From Lama glama (taxonomy: Eukaryota), in contig CM052816.1 of assembly GCA_028534125.1 (NCBI GenBank), positions 9,550,001 to 9,614,000 on the forward strand: DNA of 64,000 bases. Reading direction: 5' to 3'. The notes beneath the pieces are model-generated. The model was given only the letters and a program-made list of their open reading frames with translations, was not told where the DNA came from and did not search any database. Positions within the stretch are counted from its first letter, which is position 1; each line of letters opens with the position of its first letter. Made by a program: the position numbers and the translations under genes. This document shows, one piece after another, positions 13,110-26,403 of this stretch.

Positions 13110-13560
13110 TTTTAAACACCTACTATGTGCCAGGGTCTGTTGCCAGAAGTCCATTCATAAACAATATTGATAAAGTCCCTGCTCCCTTATTGGGAACCAG
13201 AAAACAAACAAGGAGACCTGCACACATGAATTAGACAAGTTTAGATACACACAAATGCTATAAAGAACAAAAAAAAAAATAAGAGTGAGGCAGGGGTGTG
13301 TACGTTACCTGGGGTAGTCAAACAAAGCTTCAAGGAGGTCAGTCTCCTGTGACCTGGTGCAAGATTGCTAAAGAGGAGTCAGTCATGTGTTGATCTAGGG
13401 GAAATATGATGTCAGACAAAGGGCACAGCAAATGCAAAGAATCTAAGGCAGAAAGGAGCTTGGCATGTGTGCCCAGTGCTCAGCAAAGTGGGAGGTGATG
13501 TGATCAGAGAAGTGAGGACCAACAATAATGCAGCAGCTTTAGAGACCATTCATCAGCCAC
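13110..13560 (-). mobile_element. L2 LINE 3' fragment
   Basis: acacctactatgtgccagg...aaagtccctgctc...cacagcaaatgcaaag. Boundaries are approximate. Confidence 0.55.
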
Positions 13561-15354
13561 TTACCTATGGGTCAGTCTTGGTGGAGAGCATTTTACACGA
13601 AACCTTACAAGGTAAGTCTCATTCTCCCATCACTTAGATAAAGAAACTAAGCAGCACATCAGAGAAGTTAACCTAGAATTTCCCCAAGAATAAAGAGATT
13701 ACCTGGAGCTGGAAATGGGGAAATGGAACCCAGACCCTACCAAGTCAAGCCTTTCTCCCCTACATCACTTGCTGGGGTGACTGATCCGTCTGAGGGCCTT
13801 TTTTCTTTAGCAGCAAGAACCATCCTTGATACAGATGAATTCTCTCCTTGTATGTCTCTTTCCTTTTGCTTCCCTTCTTTCTCCATGGAGTATTGGCTGT
13901 CTGTAAACAAATGAAGATGCATTATACAGTGGTGCTTCATTGATTTTGCATAAGCTAATTCCAGATATCTAATTGGAAGTAAAAACCAATTTTTGACCAG
14001 CCAGAAAGTGGTTTCCTATAAAGCTATTCATTTCATGAGAAGTACGAGGAAATTCAATCTGGTTATATAATTGGTAGATTTTTCTCATGCATTTCCTTGT
14101 CTCCATCCTGCCTGACATCATCCCTCTACAAGTGATGTTATCTTTATCTGGACCAGGGTGTTAGGCTCTAGAACACAGCTTGGAGCATACCATTTCCCTG
14201 ATCACAACCTCCAAAGGACTCCTATTGCCAACCAGATTCTGGGCTGTTCATAGTTTTTCTAAGTCTGCTATTTACAGTTTGGCCTCCAATTATTCCTCTT
14301 TATCCCTGCAAAGCAAACGATCTGCTCCGTGTCCCCCTTGCTTTCTCTCTGCATTTTTACCCTCAGTTTATTGATCCTTCTATTCTTTCCATTGAGCACA
14401 CATCTTCCAGCATCTCTTACATGGTCTGTCTCAAATGCCACCTTCTACTTGAAGCCTTTTCCAGCTTCCAAGACAGCATGCAGTTTTTGATCTGTTCCAA
14501 TCCAGAAGGCACTTTATTTGTTCTTCTCCTATGGCATTTTCTTGTGCTTTTCAGTGTGATTCATTGATGCCTATTCTGAACTTCCCTCCTGGATTTTGAG
14601 CTCCTTGAGGACAGGAGCCAATTCTTACTGAGCATCTTTCTTTTTCCCCCCTCTCTTGTGCCCAACACAGGTTTTTATGCACTGAAGCTGTCCAATAAAT
14701 TCACTGAATTTATATGGAATGATGTGGAGTTTTTCATTGCTTACATCTGCATCTGCACTGCACCATCCTGCTTAGCTCTTTCAGCCCCCAAATCTCACTG
14801 CTGCTCTGCCATTTAATACTCCACCCACTGCAAAAGCTGCAGCCTTCTGATAAGAGGAAAATCTTTCTGTGACGGTTTTGAATAAAATCAAGATGTTTAT
14901 CATATTTCTTGAAAGTAGCAAAGGATTAGAGTTTTAAAATACCATTATTTCCCTGATTTATGGCAACCCCCCCCCTTTTTTTTTGGTTCATGACTGTCTG
15001 TTGAAAAAGAATTTAAGCTTAAAGTTTTATATGTATAGAATGTGGTGGTAAATCAGACTGAAGTGTGAGTTACTTGACATTGTCTAACCCTGGAAAACAC
15101 TGGCTACCATTTCACCAGTAGTGGCATTTGTTGAGACAGCACAGAGCACGGAGTGAATGACAGATGGTCCGGGGCATGGATGTGGACTGGATACAGTGAG
15201 AGCTGCTCAGGCTAGAGTGTGATGAAACATGCTCACGAGATGTCAGGAAGTGTTGTTCCCCTCAGCATCCTAACTGACTTGCGGTAAGACCGCGCACGTC
15301 CCTGCCCATCTCTCGCTTAAGTTTTGCATCTATAAATCAAGAAACTTCCTGTCA

Positions 15355-15600
15355 TTAAGAGCTTGGGCTTTGTCATTCGACAGACATGGGTTTAGAATCA
15401 GGTTTTTCCAGTTACTAATTGTGTGTGACTTTGGCCAAGTTCATGACTCTCTGAGCCTCAGTTTCTTCTTAGCACGGGGATGATGATTGCACATCCCCAA
15501 GAGTGTTGTGAGGCTTCAGCGGGTTAGAGCTCAAAAACGGTAGAGCATAGTTCCTGGTGTACAGTTAGCGCTCCCTGAAGTGTAGCTGTTACTATTATTA
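15355..15600 (+). mobile_element. MIR SINE
   Basis: gtgtgactttggccaagttcatgactctctgagcctcagtttc. Confidence 0.75.
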
Positions 15601-16019
15601 CTCTGGATTCCATGACAATGAAAGTTTCAAAGCCGCATGTAGAGACACGTGGGAAGGTTGTTGAGAAACCAAGGGTGGGGAAGTGGTGTAGGTGGTAGGC
15701 CCTGGTTATTTCTACGTCAGTCGTCTGATCCACAGAAGGGCTGGCTATGAGCACTATTATGGAGACGCTGGAGATGAAGAGGGATTTGGTTACAGAGTCA
15801 GAGAAGATTTACATGCTGCGTGAGGGTGGGAAATGGAGTTCAGTTGTCACTCGAGTCTTGTTATGGAATGCATAAAATGTCTCTTTATTTTCTCCAGTTT
15901 GTGAGTTCACTTCTCCTTCTGAAATGGTAAAGGGACACAAATTTTTTGAGCACCTAAGATATGTCAATACCACTTTGACACTTTACGTATCTTATAACAT
16001 TTAATTTTCAAAAAAAGCA

Positions 16020-16370
16020 GTGGCTGTGTTGAATCCTAGCCTCCGAACTTGCTAACTGTGTTTCCTTGGGCAAGTTAATTAACTTCACTGAGCCTCAGTT
16101 TCTTCATGAGTAAGACTGAGATGTTAATGCTACCTAACTTATGAGTTCGTATGATTTAAATACAATTGTGTATATGATAGCAGTTAGAACACCACCAGAC
16201 AGATCATTCGTATTTTGTTATTATTTTATTGTTGTATTATATATAATAACCCCCATTTTATGGATAAGTAAAATGAGGCTTAAGGTTTCTAAGTTTCTGA
16301 ACTAAGGTTATACAAATAATAATGAGCAAAGCCAGAACACAAGCCTAGATTTGCCTATCCTGAGAGTTCA
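16020..16370. mobile_element. Two adjacent MIR fragments in opposite orientation
   Basis: + core ccttgggcaagttaattaacttcactgagcctcagtttc, followed by - core ccccattttatggataagtaaaatgaggct. Confidence 0.65.
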
Positions 16371-17615
16371 TATTCAGTTTTTCTGCCTGTGCAGAAGGTA
16401 AGAGAATTAATACCATCAAATTTTGAAAAGACACTCCCTCCAGTGTTAGAAGACACTTTATATTATGTGTGAGTACCCTGGGAGCCTGGATGGACAGTCA
16501 TTTAAATCAGTCTGGAGCCTTGGATGAAATGTCAGACATTATGTGTGTTCTTAAAAAACTTGGTTGAGATCAGATAATTTGATTTCAATTGAGTCTTTCT
16601 CAGTATCGAATGCCATTAGAGGGTTACGTCACTTCATTCCAGCCTTGGTCCCCCTAAATGAGCCTGGTAATCATTAGTGTATGGTCTTCTTGTCAACAGG
16701 GTCCAAATGGGGCCCATATGCCACTGCTTAATGATGAAATTCTTGGCTAGAACATGGACCACCCCACCACCGCCCCACATTCTTTCTCTAAAGCCTTATA
16801 GCAATCTCTCTGTCATCCTCAGGAACTGGCCATGGAGGAGACTGTGAGTCATCCATTACTAAGGCTTTGTGAAAGAGAAGTTGAGCCAGGGTTTCATAAT
16901 TTCAAGTGAAAAGCCCCTGGCTGGCTGAGCCAAGGCACCATTGCTGGTGGACCTCTTGTCCCAGCCCGCCAGAGAGTGGGCAGTTGGTCAAGGGGATGTG
17001 AGTCAATGGAAGGAACCAGGGAAGAGTGTTCTTATCAGGGTCACCCTTATTACTGCTGTCTCCTCTCGTCCACACAGAGCCTTCCGGAAACATTGAGCTT
17101 ATAAAAGCAAAAGGCCAAAGTCATTTCAGAATTCTGTCTCATCTAATAGTAGCCCTCTTGGTGGAGAGCAGTCTCTCTTTATTTTCTAATTTCCTGGCAT
17201 TTATTTGCTATTTAAACCTTCCTTTGCAACTGATGGTTTCATATGGAATAGCCTGTATAATGGGGGAAAAAAAAACATGGATTCTGATTCCACCTTCAGT
17301 CCTGTTCTCACCAGCTGGGGGACTTCTGGCGAGCCGCTTGCTCTCTGGGTCTTAAATTTCTCATGAAAGAAATGCTCTAGCTCACCTCACAGATACCACC
17401 TTTTATTTTATTCCCTTGACAAAGATTTTTGTGCTGAGAGAGGAGAGATAAATCAATTTTTTTCATTGACCTTTGATGGCTTCCACGTGAATAGGTCAGG
17501 AAAAGATAGAGTCACAAAAACTAGAAAGCCAGGCAAGGAGTGGTAAGCCCAGTGAGATCAGTTAAGACACACTATTCTAAAATGTATAGGAGTGGGCAAC
17601 ATATGCACAGTATTA

Positions 17616-17616
<1 letters not shown>

Positions 17617-17691
<75 letters not shown>
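17617..17691. repeat. (ATT)n microsatellite, about 25 units
   Basis: Pure trinucleotide run read directly. Confidence 0.97.
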
Positions 17692-17692
<1 letters not shown>

Positions 17693-19844
17693 CAGTATTC
17701 CAGGTGGGAAGTCATCTCTGATTTTTTTTACCTTCTATGCCTGTTACATTTAGTCTCCAAATTCTCTTAACTTTGAAAAGACTTAAATCTAGTCTTTTCT
17801 CTCCAGTTTCACTGCCACCTCTTAGAGCTTGTTCTCCGTCACCTTATGCTAGTTAACTACCTTTATCTTCCAATTCTTTTCCCTTGACATCTGTATTGGT
17901 TAATCTATCTTTAAAATCACACATACACACGAAACAACTAACAAAAAGAAGAACCAAGTAACAACCCCCAACATGTTCTATATGCTGAAAATTTTCCACG
18001 TTCAACAGCCCTACTCGAAAACAAAGTGGGTCCCAGTTGCTCATCGATGTGTTGTTCGTGCCCATGACACAACACCCAACTCAGAGTGAAACGAGTTAAA
18101 ATGGGCCAAGTCCCGCCTCCTTTTCCAGCTGTCAGGTCCATGTGTGATTTCTCCCTGCTCTGTATGCAGCAACCCCTCAGCTTTTTTCTACCACTTGCCA
18201 GTTAAAGCTTAGGCATAGTTCATGAACTGACTTGTCTGTGGAGCCTAAACCAGCCCACCCTGGTCTAGGCCCACAGGACCTAATTCCCTGGGGTAACAAC
18301 CATGCTCCCCGAGGAAGGATGCTCTCAGGCTCACACACAAAAGAGAAGCATCCAAGCTTTTCCAGTGTAAAGCCATCACCAACAGCAAACAGTACAAGGT
18401 AAAAACACCCCCTAACTGACAAAGGCCAGGGGCCTATATGGACGGTATACTTGAGATAGTATCTCAAGAGATACCAGAATGAGGCAATCTTATTAATCAT
18501 CCCAGGAATGTAAGGGATAATTTTTATCAATGTCATCATTATCCTGATCTTCATTCAGACAGACTTTTATCAGACCCTCTCAGTGTACCAGGAGTTGTGC
18601 CAAGCGCTATTAAGGAGGGGGAAAAAAACAGCCTCTGGCTTATTATAGCAGTCTCTCTGGGCCTGATCCTGGGCTGAAGATAAAAATGGAAGAGACTCTA
18701 TTGCTGCATTTTGTGGCTGCTTTTACCCTATTGGTTTCCCTGTGTGCGGGTCACTGCAGCCAGCCTAGAACAGCGATTAACCTTCTGGGTGGATTGCAGA
18801 CCCAGACACCTGAGCTGCTCTAGGACCCTAAGTAGGTATCCTGAGAGTATAAGAAAGCATTATACTGACAGGGGCATCTGGAAAACCTAATACTGATCAC
18901 GACACACCAGCAAGTTTTCCCTTTCCCTCATCAGGTGTAAACCATAGTGCAGCAATTTTATTGCAGTTCTAACATTTAGGGTACAATAAAACTCTTTGTC
19001 TGATAAAATAGATAGCCTTTCCCCTAGAAATCTGGACAGAATTTTGAATACATTTCTAAGAAGTGTATTTATTCCCTGAAGTAAAAACCCAAGGTTAAAA
19101 TAAAAATCCACGCATTATTGCAAGACTGTATTGGTGGATGTGACAGTATTAACTTGATGAAGTCGCAGAGTTGTCCATATTGTCCTGCCTCTGGTTAGTG
19201 ATGTATTTATTTCAAAGTCATAAATAGAGTCCCCAAGTGCCATTGCTATCAACAGAGCAATTCATTGTGAAGATCATATTTTTTTTTTCACATAACATCT
19301 TTCCTCCAAATAGCTCTGTGGAAATTATCTCACAAATTGTTACAGACTCCCTAAGCAGAGTTACCTGGAGTAGGAAAATGTGAGGTGAGGAGCCAGGAAT
19401 TTTTTGACAGCAGGATTATTCATTTACAGACTCAAACACAACGTCTAGAGAGTTTGAGCAAGTGGCTTAGATCTTAGTGAATCATTGAATCTAATCAGAA
19501 ATCAGAATTATTTCACTGAAGAGTGATCTATAGCATACCTACTATGTGTCAGGCACTGTACTAGGCATTGAGTCTGCTAAATATCAGACTATTATTTTGT
19601 CCCCAAGTCTGTTCCAATAGGAAAAATGCCTATTCTGTTTAGAAATTAACTAGGATGAGTACAGCGTACCTTCCTCGGCGGTAATATTTTACATTTTAAC
19701 AGCATATGTGAAAGCAATAGAGTAAGGGTTGACACAGTTTCTGGAAGCAGAAAAAAAACAAAACTGGATTCAGATCTTGATTTCCATTACTAAAGTGCCT
19801 GAGCATTAACTTCTTTACATGTAAAACATGAAATCATCTCTAGA

Positions 19845-20085
19845 GCAAGGGTCATCAAACTACAGTGGGCCAAGTCCAGCTGTCAGCCTATTTCTGTGTA
19901 ACCTTTGAGCTAAGAATGATTTTTACATTTGTAAAGGGGTGTAAAAGTAAGCAAAAATCAACAACAACAAAAAACTAAACAGACCCCCCCCAAAAAAGTA
20001 GAAGCAACAGAAATGGTATGTGCCCCCGCCAACCTGAAATCCTTACATCTAGCCTTTTATAGAAAAAGTTTATCAACTCCCATTG
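19845..20085. mobile_element. MER58-family hAT element
   Basis: caagggtcatcaaactac...gagctaagaatgatttttacattt...ttttatagaaaaagttt. Confidence 0.7.
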
Positions 20086-23000
20086 TAGAATCAGAATGCC
20101 TGTGTTTGAGTCGTTGTGGCCTCTTATCACCAGCATGATCTTGAGCAAATTACTCAAGTGCTGTATCCAGTTTTTCTTGTATGTCGAGTATAGATGGTAA
20201 TAGTATCTATTTCAAATGATGTAAGGATTACTTATGTTAATATGCATAAAATACTGACACTGGAGGCTGGTATATGGTAAACACTTAAGAAACATTAATA
20301 TTGTTATTAATATCATTTTTACCATCATCACCAATTTTTCAAAAGATGTTTGTGAGTATTAAGTGAACTGGTGTCTATTTAACACCTACTATGGTGCCCT
20401 TCTCGCAGTAGGCACTCAATAAATGTCAGCTAACCTTGTTATCATCATGACCAGCACCATCGTCATTACAGTTTTCAAATCTCTTTCACGTGCATTATCT
20501 CCTTAAAAAGCTCCCAACAGCCCAGTGTTTGGTGTTAACACTCTCCCTCTAATAAATGAGAAACAGAAGCTCGAAGAAGGGAAGGGCTAGACACTGAGTC
20601 AAGACGAGGCAGAATATGGACTAGCATTAGATTTTGCATTCTGGACCAGTGCATCCTCTTTCCACACCATGTTGCCTCTGCAGCGAAACATCTGAGGACC
20701 TGTTGTTTGTTACTTTTCTCCAAACGATACACTTTGAGTCCTGGGAGCCTGACAGGGCAGGCAAACACGACTGTGTTCTTCCCTGGCAGGGCTCTGCAGA
20801 CAGGAAGCTGGGATAATTGGATTCCAGCCATTAGATCTTTGGACTGAATTTGTAACCAGCCAACTCCTGATGACCAAGCCTAATGGAAAAAGCCCTGACC
20901 ACACAAACACCACCCCCCGTAGGATGTCATCGTTAATAGTGCGGAGAGCGCGATTTATCAACAGCGGTCAGCAGCAGCCTTCTAACAGTTCCTCTCCCCG
21001 GCAGAGGTGGCTTCAGAATGTGCCAGACCTTACTTAACCTGCCGCCAAGGACAAGCTGAGGCACCTGGAGTAAGAAAGTGTGAGGCGAGGAGCCAGGACT
21101 TTTTTGACAGCAGAGCTGGTGTGGTTAGATCAGAACTGTATTTTATTTGATTCTGGCCAAAGGCTAAATTTAGCACACTTGAACGAAGTGTGCATTCAGA
21201 GTGATGTTTAAAGCAAGTTGTTAAGATTGTAGTGGTGCAGTATTAGATTGAGTTGATGACTATAAAAGTAGGTAACATTTGAAAGTTAGCTCACAAAAAG
21301 AGTCCTTATAGTTTCAACCAGATTTAGCTTAGTTCAACTTTAGCTCGGATTTTTTTTTTTGAAGGCAGTAGACTCAGATAAACGCTGTTGTTGGGCAGTA
21401 TGTAAAGTTGTGTATCCTGATATTGTTGCAGCAAAGATAATGAAAATTACCCTTAAGAAGCTTCAGCATTGCCTCTGATGTATAGGGCAGAATTAATGGA
21501 AGTATACTTGGTAGGTAAGGATTTGCTGTGCTCGGGGAAGCTAATGATTTGCCTTTGGTTACGACATTAAGCTTTGCTTAGAAACAGCTCTGAGACTGGG
21601 CCAGCAACTGTTGTCCATTAGACGTAGAGCCCTCAGTCTGAGGAAGAGGATGATGTGACCTCCCTGCCCAGAGAGGACACCCCTGTGGGCCCCTGCACTG
21701 GGCCAGATATAGGCCGCTCTTCTGAGCCTATGGCAAATGATTTTAAGGTATTAATTCAATACTTGTAGATAAGACCCTTTTAGGTGGGAGTAATGAGGTA
21801 GAGTTAATGGGAAAGCCAGAGTTCTTATCCAAAGCAGATTGCAGGAGCTGTTCAGGTATTGGAAACACTCCGAGTCATTATCTAGGATCCCAGCCCTCTG
21901 CCTGGCCTCTTTTCTCTATCTGCCACCAAGCCTTGTCTTCTTGGCTTTGAGTTTTCCTAACACCTGCTGCCAGGCAGTTGGCTAAACCAACCCCTGCTTG
22001 TCACATCCCCATCCAAACAACAGCCAAGGCAGCCTGCACTGTGCTGTTTCCTGGGCCTGTGACATACCTCAGCTCTGTTCCAAGCTGCCAGGCCAAGGCT
22101 CTGCCTGGACTGAATATGTTTGAATTTAAGAAGGGTGCAACTAATCAGTTAGCAGTCCTCTACATTATCTGGGCAGGGGAAGGGATATGTGCCTTCTTTT
22201 CCATTCAGACTTGCACAGTACTAACCTCATGGGTTTGTGGAGAGTAAAAAGTAAAATAATAGATATCAAAGGCTTTGTAAGATCATGGTCTGCAGTACAA
22301 ATGTACGGAACAATCTCTGTGTACAAAAACATACATTCAGCTGGGTGAGGTTTTGCATGATCACTCCAGCCAGCAAAAATGCAAACAGCCAGAGGTCACA
22401 GGAAAACTATTCAGCAGGGTCGACATGGACAGGGGACAGGCAATAGGTCTTTAAAACAAATTAGAAACATTCTGAAAATCTAAATTTTAATTTTATATTA
22501 ATATTTAAAATTTTATCTTTACATTTCTTCAATGTGTAGCTTTAATCACTTCGCCCATTTTAAAGTGTAGTGCAGTGCAAAAAAAGTGTTTGTAAGAATT
22601 ATATCCTCTTCTGAGATTTTCACAAGGAAAGGTTTTTTTTCCTTTTTGCCAGAATTGCTCCCTCCTTTCAGACATGTCTGTAACTTACCTACACGTTGTA
22701 CTCTCAAAAGTTCTCTCATTAAACTCGTTAAGGGTTATATCCAAGAAAAACAATATTGTTACTTGCATTTAAAAGAAAAGCTATAAATATGTAAGGGTAG
22801 TTATATTTTTAGTTAAATAATTACTAAGGTCTAATAAAATAATATATATACATATAGCAAGTGTTAGTTATTTGTAATAATGTATATTACCCTATGTGTA
22901 ATCCCAGCCCCACACGAATACTGGAAACTACTGAACCATGGAAAACCTAGAGGCAAGGAGTGTTCTCACCTGCTGCACTAGAATGCACCGTGGTCCTAGT

Positions 23001-24883
23001 GTTTGAGTGGCCTGGTCCTAATTGTCTCATTTCCAGGAAAGCATGTCATGCGAACAGATATCCAGATATTTAAATCTTCAATTGATTACTTATAGCCTAC
23101 TAAAGGTTTCTGAGTTTCTTTCTTAAAATTTCATGCCAGCATATGAGTTATTGAAATTGGAACTTTCCATAGAGTAGACATAGTGTTTGAGTGGTACCCC
23201 TTACAGAGCCTTGTTCATGAAGGATACTAAGATATATCATCAGGCTAATGAAGGACTAGAGAGAACCAGTTGAAAGAAGAAAAAATCGCGGGTCCAATCA
23301 TTGTTTCATCAGGTAATTAACTTAATGTTTGACTAGCATAGAACTGGCTGATATTTCATGAGCACCATGCCAGGCAGGATGAGCACCCTGAACATGCCTC
23401 ACCATAACTCACGGAGGGAGGTACTGTCACAGATGAGGAAAACGAGGCACAGGGAGGTGCAAGGTTGTGAGACTAGTAAGTCACAGAGCTGAGGTAAGAA
23501 TTCTGGACGCTTAACTCTCAACCGCCATTGCTTAGCTAATAGTCAATAAAATAATAGCTGTTAGATGACTAGGTCATGGTTCCTCCTCTACAGGAGGCTT
23601 GTAATTTGGCCTGGAAACGTGCTATTTAAATGTACGTACAGTTGCATTTAACAAGCCACAGCAAGGGCTGTCATGAGGCAGTTTATAATGTCAAATAAAT
23701 TATAGAAGCAGAAAGTGCTATGTTTGTTTAAAAAAGGGAAAAGGGATACATAGAGATGGCCAAAGATGATTGCTAAGAAGGAAGTGGCCATACCCAACTG
23801 CATTCTTAAAGATTCCTCAGCATAGACGTATCAGGAGATTAGCTAAAGAAGATGGAAGAAGCACGAAGAGGGTATGCTCTGTGCTTTTTAATCTTTATGT
23901 TGAATGAGTTTAACCAAATTGCCCTTAAAAATTCCAGGATCCTGGCTAATTCCAGGATCCTGGCTTTCTGCCTGGCCTTTTGTCACCTGAAGTGGAACTT
24001 GATGTCTTGATACAGAAAGAAGTGGTCAGAGTTGCAAGAGCCTTTAAGAACCTGGGGCCCTGGACGTGTGGAGGGGATGTTTGAATAGGGTTTCCTAATA
24101 CAGGGGGCGGGGTATCTCTGGGAAACACGAGGGAGCCATGCATGGCTCTTCCTTCCTGAAAGGGGGCCCAGAGCTCAAGAAGAAAAGAGCTTCTTTGCTT
24201 TCCTGGTCCAGAATCTGACTAAGGGAAGGGTGGGGAATAGGACGCTCCAGATTTTAGAAGCAAGCTCGGAGAACCACAATGCTCAGAGTTTAGAGGTGTG
24301 TGCTTCTGAGCCAGAGGGCCCTGGGGTCGAGTCAGTTTTCCCTCCTATTAACTAGATTATCTTGGTCACGTTGCATCTAAGCTTCAGGTTCCACATTAGA
24401 AAATGAGGGTTAATAGTACCTACCTCAAGGTTGACATGAGTATTATATGGAATGTTACACAGGGGGACATTTTAGGTGGGATGATTTATGCCAGGAATAC
24501 AGGATGGGGCCTGGCTAATGATGAAGAAGAGGGAAGGGAAGGAAGGAGGGTGGCTTTCTGCACACATCTCGGTCACAGTACTGCAGAAGGTAACTCAGAA
24601 CACTTGGCTTCTGTTGTGTCTTAGCTGCTAATGACCAGGTGCCCTTGGACAGATGACTTTCCTCTCTGTGCCTGTTTTCTTACCTAGTAAGTAAAGGTAG
24701 TAAACGGCACTGTGAACCTCCCAGGTGTTTGTGAAACTCAAATGAGATTCTAGCTGTGAGAGTGCTTTTTAGACGTACAGTGTGGCATAACCATGTTGTA
24801 CAGCGATTATGCTCCCCTCCTGACCCTCCCCTAGAGGCACTCTGAGTCTACTACAGTGCTCACTTTGGCCGAGATCACCTGTC

Positions 24884-24972
24884 CACTAACCTCTGCGTTT
24901 TCCTTCTTTTTTCCTTCCCAACTTCTGCTTGGCTCTCCCTCATCTGTGGCTGTTTTCTGTTTCAACTAAAAG
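24884..24972 (+). promoter_or_regulatory. Distant branch point CACTAAC, polypyrimidine tract and AG-exclusion zone upstream of HTR4 exon g
   Basis: CACTAAC at 24884-24890, then a long pyrimidine tract. There is no AG dinucleotide from 24874 to 24970. Confidence 0.75.
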
Positions 24973-25033
24973 TGGCTGTCCCTCTGTCTCCAGCTTCTTC
25001 CTGCTCTTCTGCAATAGACCAGTTCCTGTCTAA
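24973..25033 (+). CDS. HTR4: 5-HT4 receptor terminal exon g/e/f (three in-frame acceptors, shared stop)
   Basis: AAG|24973 gives (S)GCPSVSSFFLLFCNRPVPV*. CAG|24994 gives (S)FFLLFCNRPVPV*. TAG|25018 gives (R)PVPV*. The shared TAA is at 25031-25033. These match the recalled g, e and f tails. Confidence 0.93.
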
Positions 25034-25524
25034 CTCTGAACGTGCTCTGTAAGTCTGTCACTGTCGGTGTTACGCGTCTGCCTGTGTCTGTCCACTCCCT
25101 TCTTCCTACGAAGTGCCCTTGGTTTCTGCTTACTCTTCCATCCTCACTGGACCAGGTTGAGTCCACTGGACACATCACTATCAGTTGTTGGCAGAGGTCT
25201 GCCACACCCAGAGTTTCTCCTGGACCTTGATTGCTATTGACCTGAAGGCCAAAGATTCATATGGCTTGAGAACTTTATTTTCTATTCCTTAACTTAAAAT
25301 TTTGATTTGGGCTTCTTCCGTGTTCTGGGAGCACAGACTTCCCACGTCCTCTGGGAGACGAGCACTTGTTGGAGCCGAATTCAGCCAGTGTAGCTGTGGT
25401 CCCCAGAGTTCTCTCATCTGGGTTATCCCAGGACTCAGTTCATCCGGTGTGTCTTTGGCTAGAAGTGATGAACTCCATCTTTCTCAAACAAATAATTGTG
25501 ACTAAACTGGTTTTTCTCAGTCTT

Positions 25525-25730
25525 TATTTTTTTAAAACCCCTTTTATTTTGAAAGACTTTCATATCTATAGAAGAATAGTACAGGGATGGTACAGAATGT
25601 TTCCATATACGTTTCACACAGCTTCCCCTAATGCTGACATTTTATGTAACGGTGGAACATTTATCAAAAGACAGGAAATTAGCATTTAGCCAATATTATT
25701 AAGTGAACTATAGACTCAATTTGGATTACC
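25525..25730 (-). mobile_element. Old L1 (L1M) 3' fragment
   Basis: ttttattttgaaagactttcatatctatagaaga...cagcttcccctaatgctgacatttta. Confidence 0.6.
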
Positions 25731-26403
25731 CTAGTAACAAATCAGATTTTGAGTAACTTTGTTCAAAGTCGTTATTTTGAATTTCTATTAGTAAGTTATT
25801 TTACACTACAGTAATGGCCTTGGGGATGTTTGAAATATTTTCCTCTGCCTTACATGGCCCCAGCTGGTTTTGCTGTGTTGATTTTTGTTGCCTTTTTTAT
25901 GTTTCTATTCTCTTTGCACATGTCAGCTATCATCAGTTTATCTAGCATTAGCGTTACCTATCTCCCTTCCCATCCTATTTTCTAGTCTCTGCTCTGCTGT
26001 ATGTGGAAGAACCAAGCACTCTAGAATTGTATGGGAACTAAGTTTAAATATCCTCTGAGTGAAAAACCAGGGAAGACTACAAGGAAAGTTTGTACCTTTG
26101 GAGCAACTACTCTGATTACTCAGAGGCCTTTAAAAAAAAAAAAAGCAAAAAACACCTCTGTGCAGGTTTGTGGATAGTTACGGTCACTGGATCTGGATAC
26201 CTGACCTTTGGATAACTGAAGTGTTGCTAGTAAAAGATTCACAGAGACATATACATACACATGCTCTCTGGTAGCTCGTTTTCTCTTGATGCCTTAGGTT
26301 TCCTGAATTAATGGCCGAAGGCAGAAAGTCCTATGTCCACAGCCTGTACTGTTGTCTCCTTCTCTCTCCTTTCTTTGACTTTCTTTGACTCCTTGAGACC
26401 TCT

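Noticed and set aside
17540..17770. Poly-Leu ORF; likewise the poly-CV ORF at 36788 and Phe/Leu/Ser-rich ORFs at 41355
   Set aside because: These are translations of microsatellites or low-complexity repeats.
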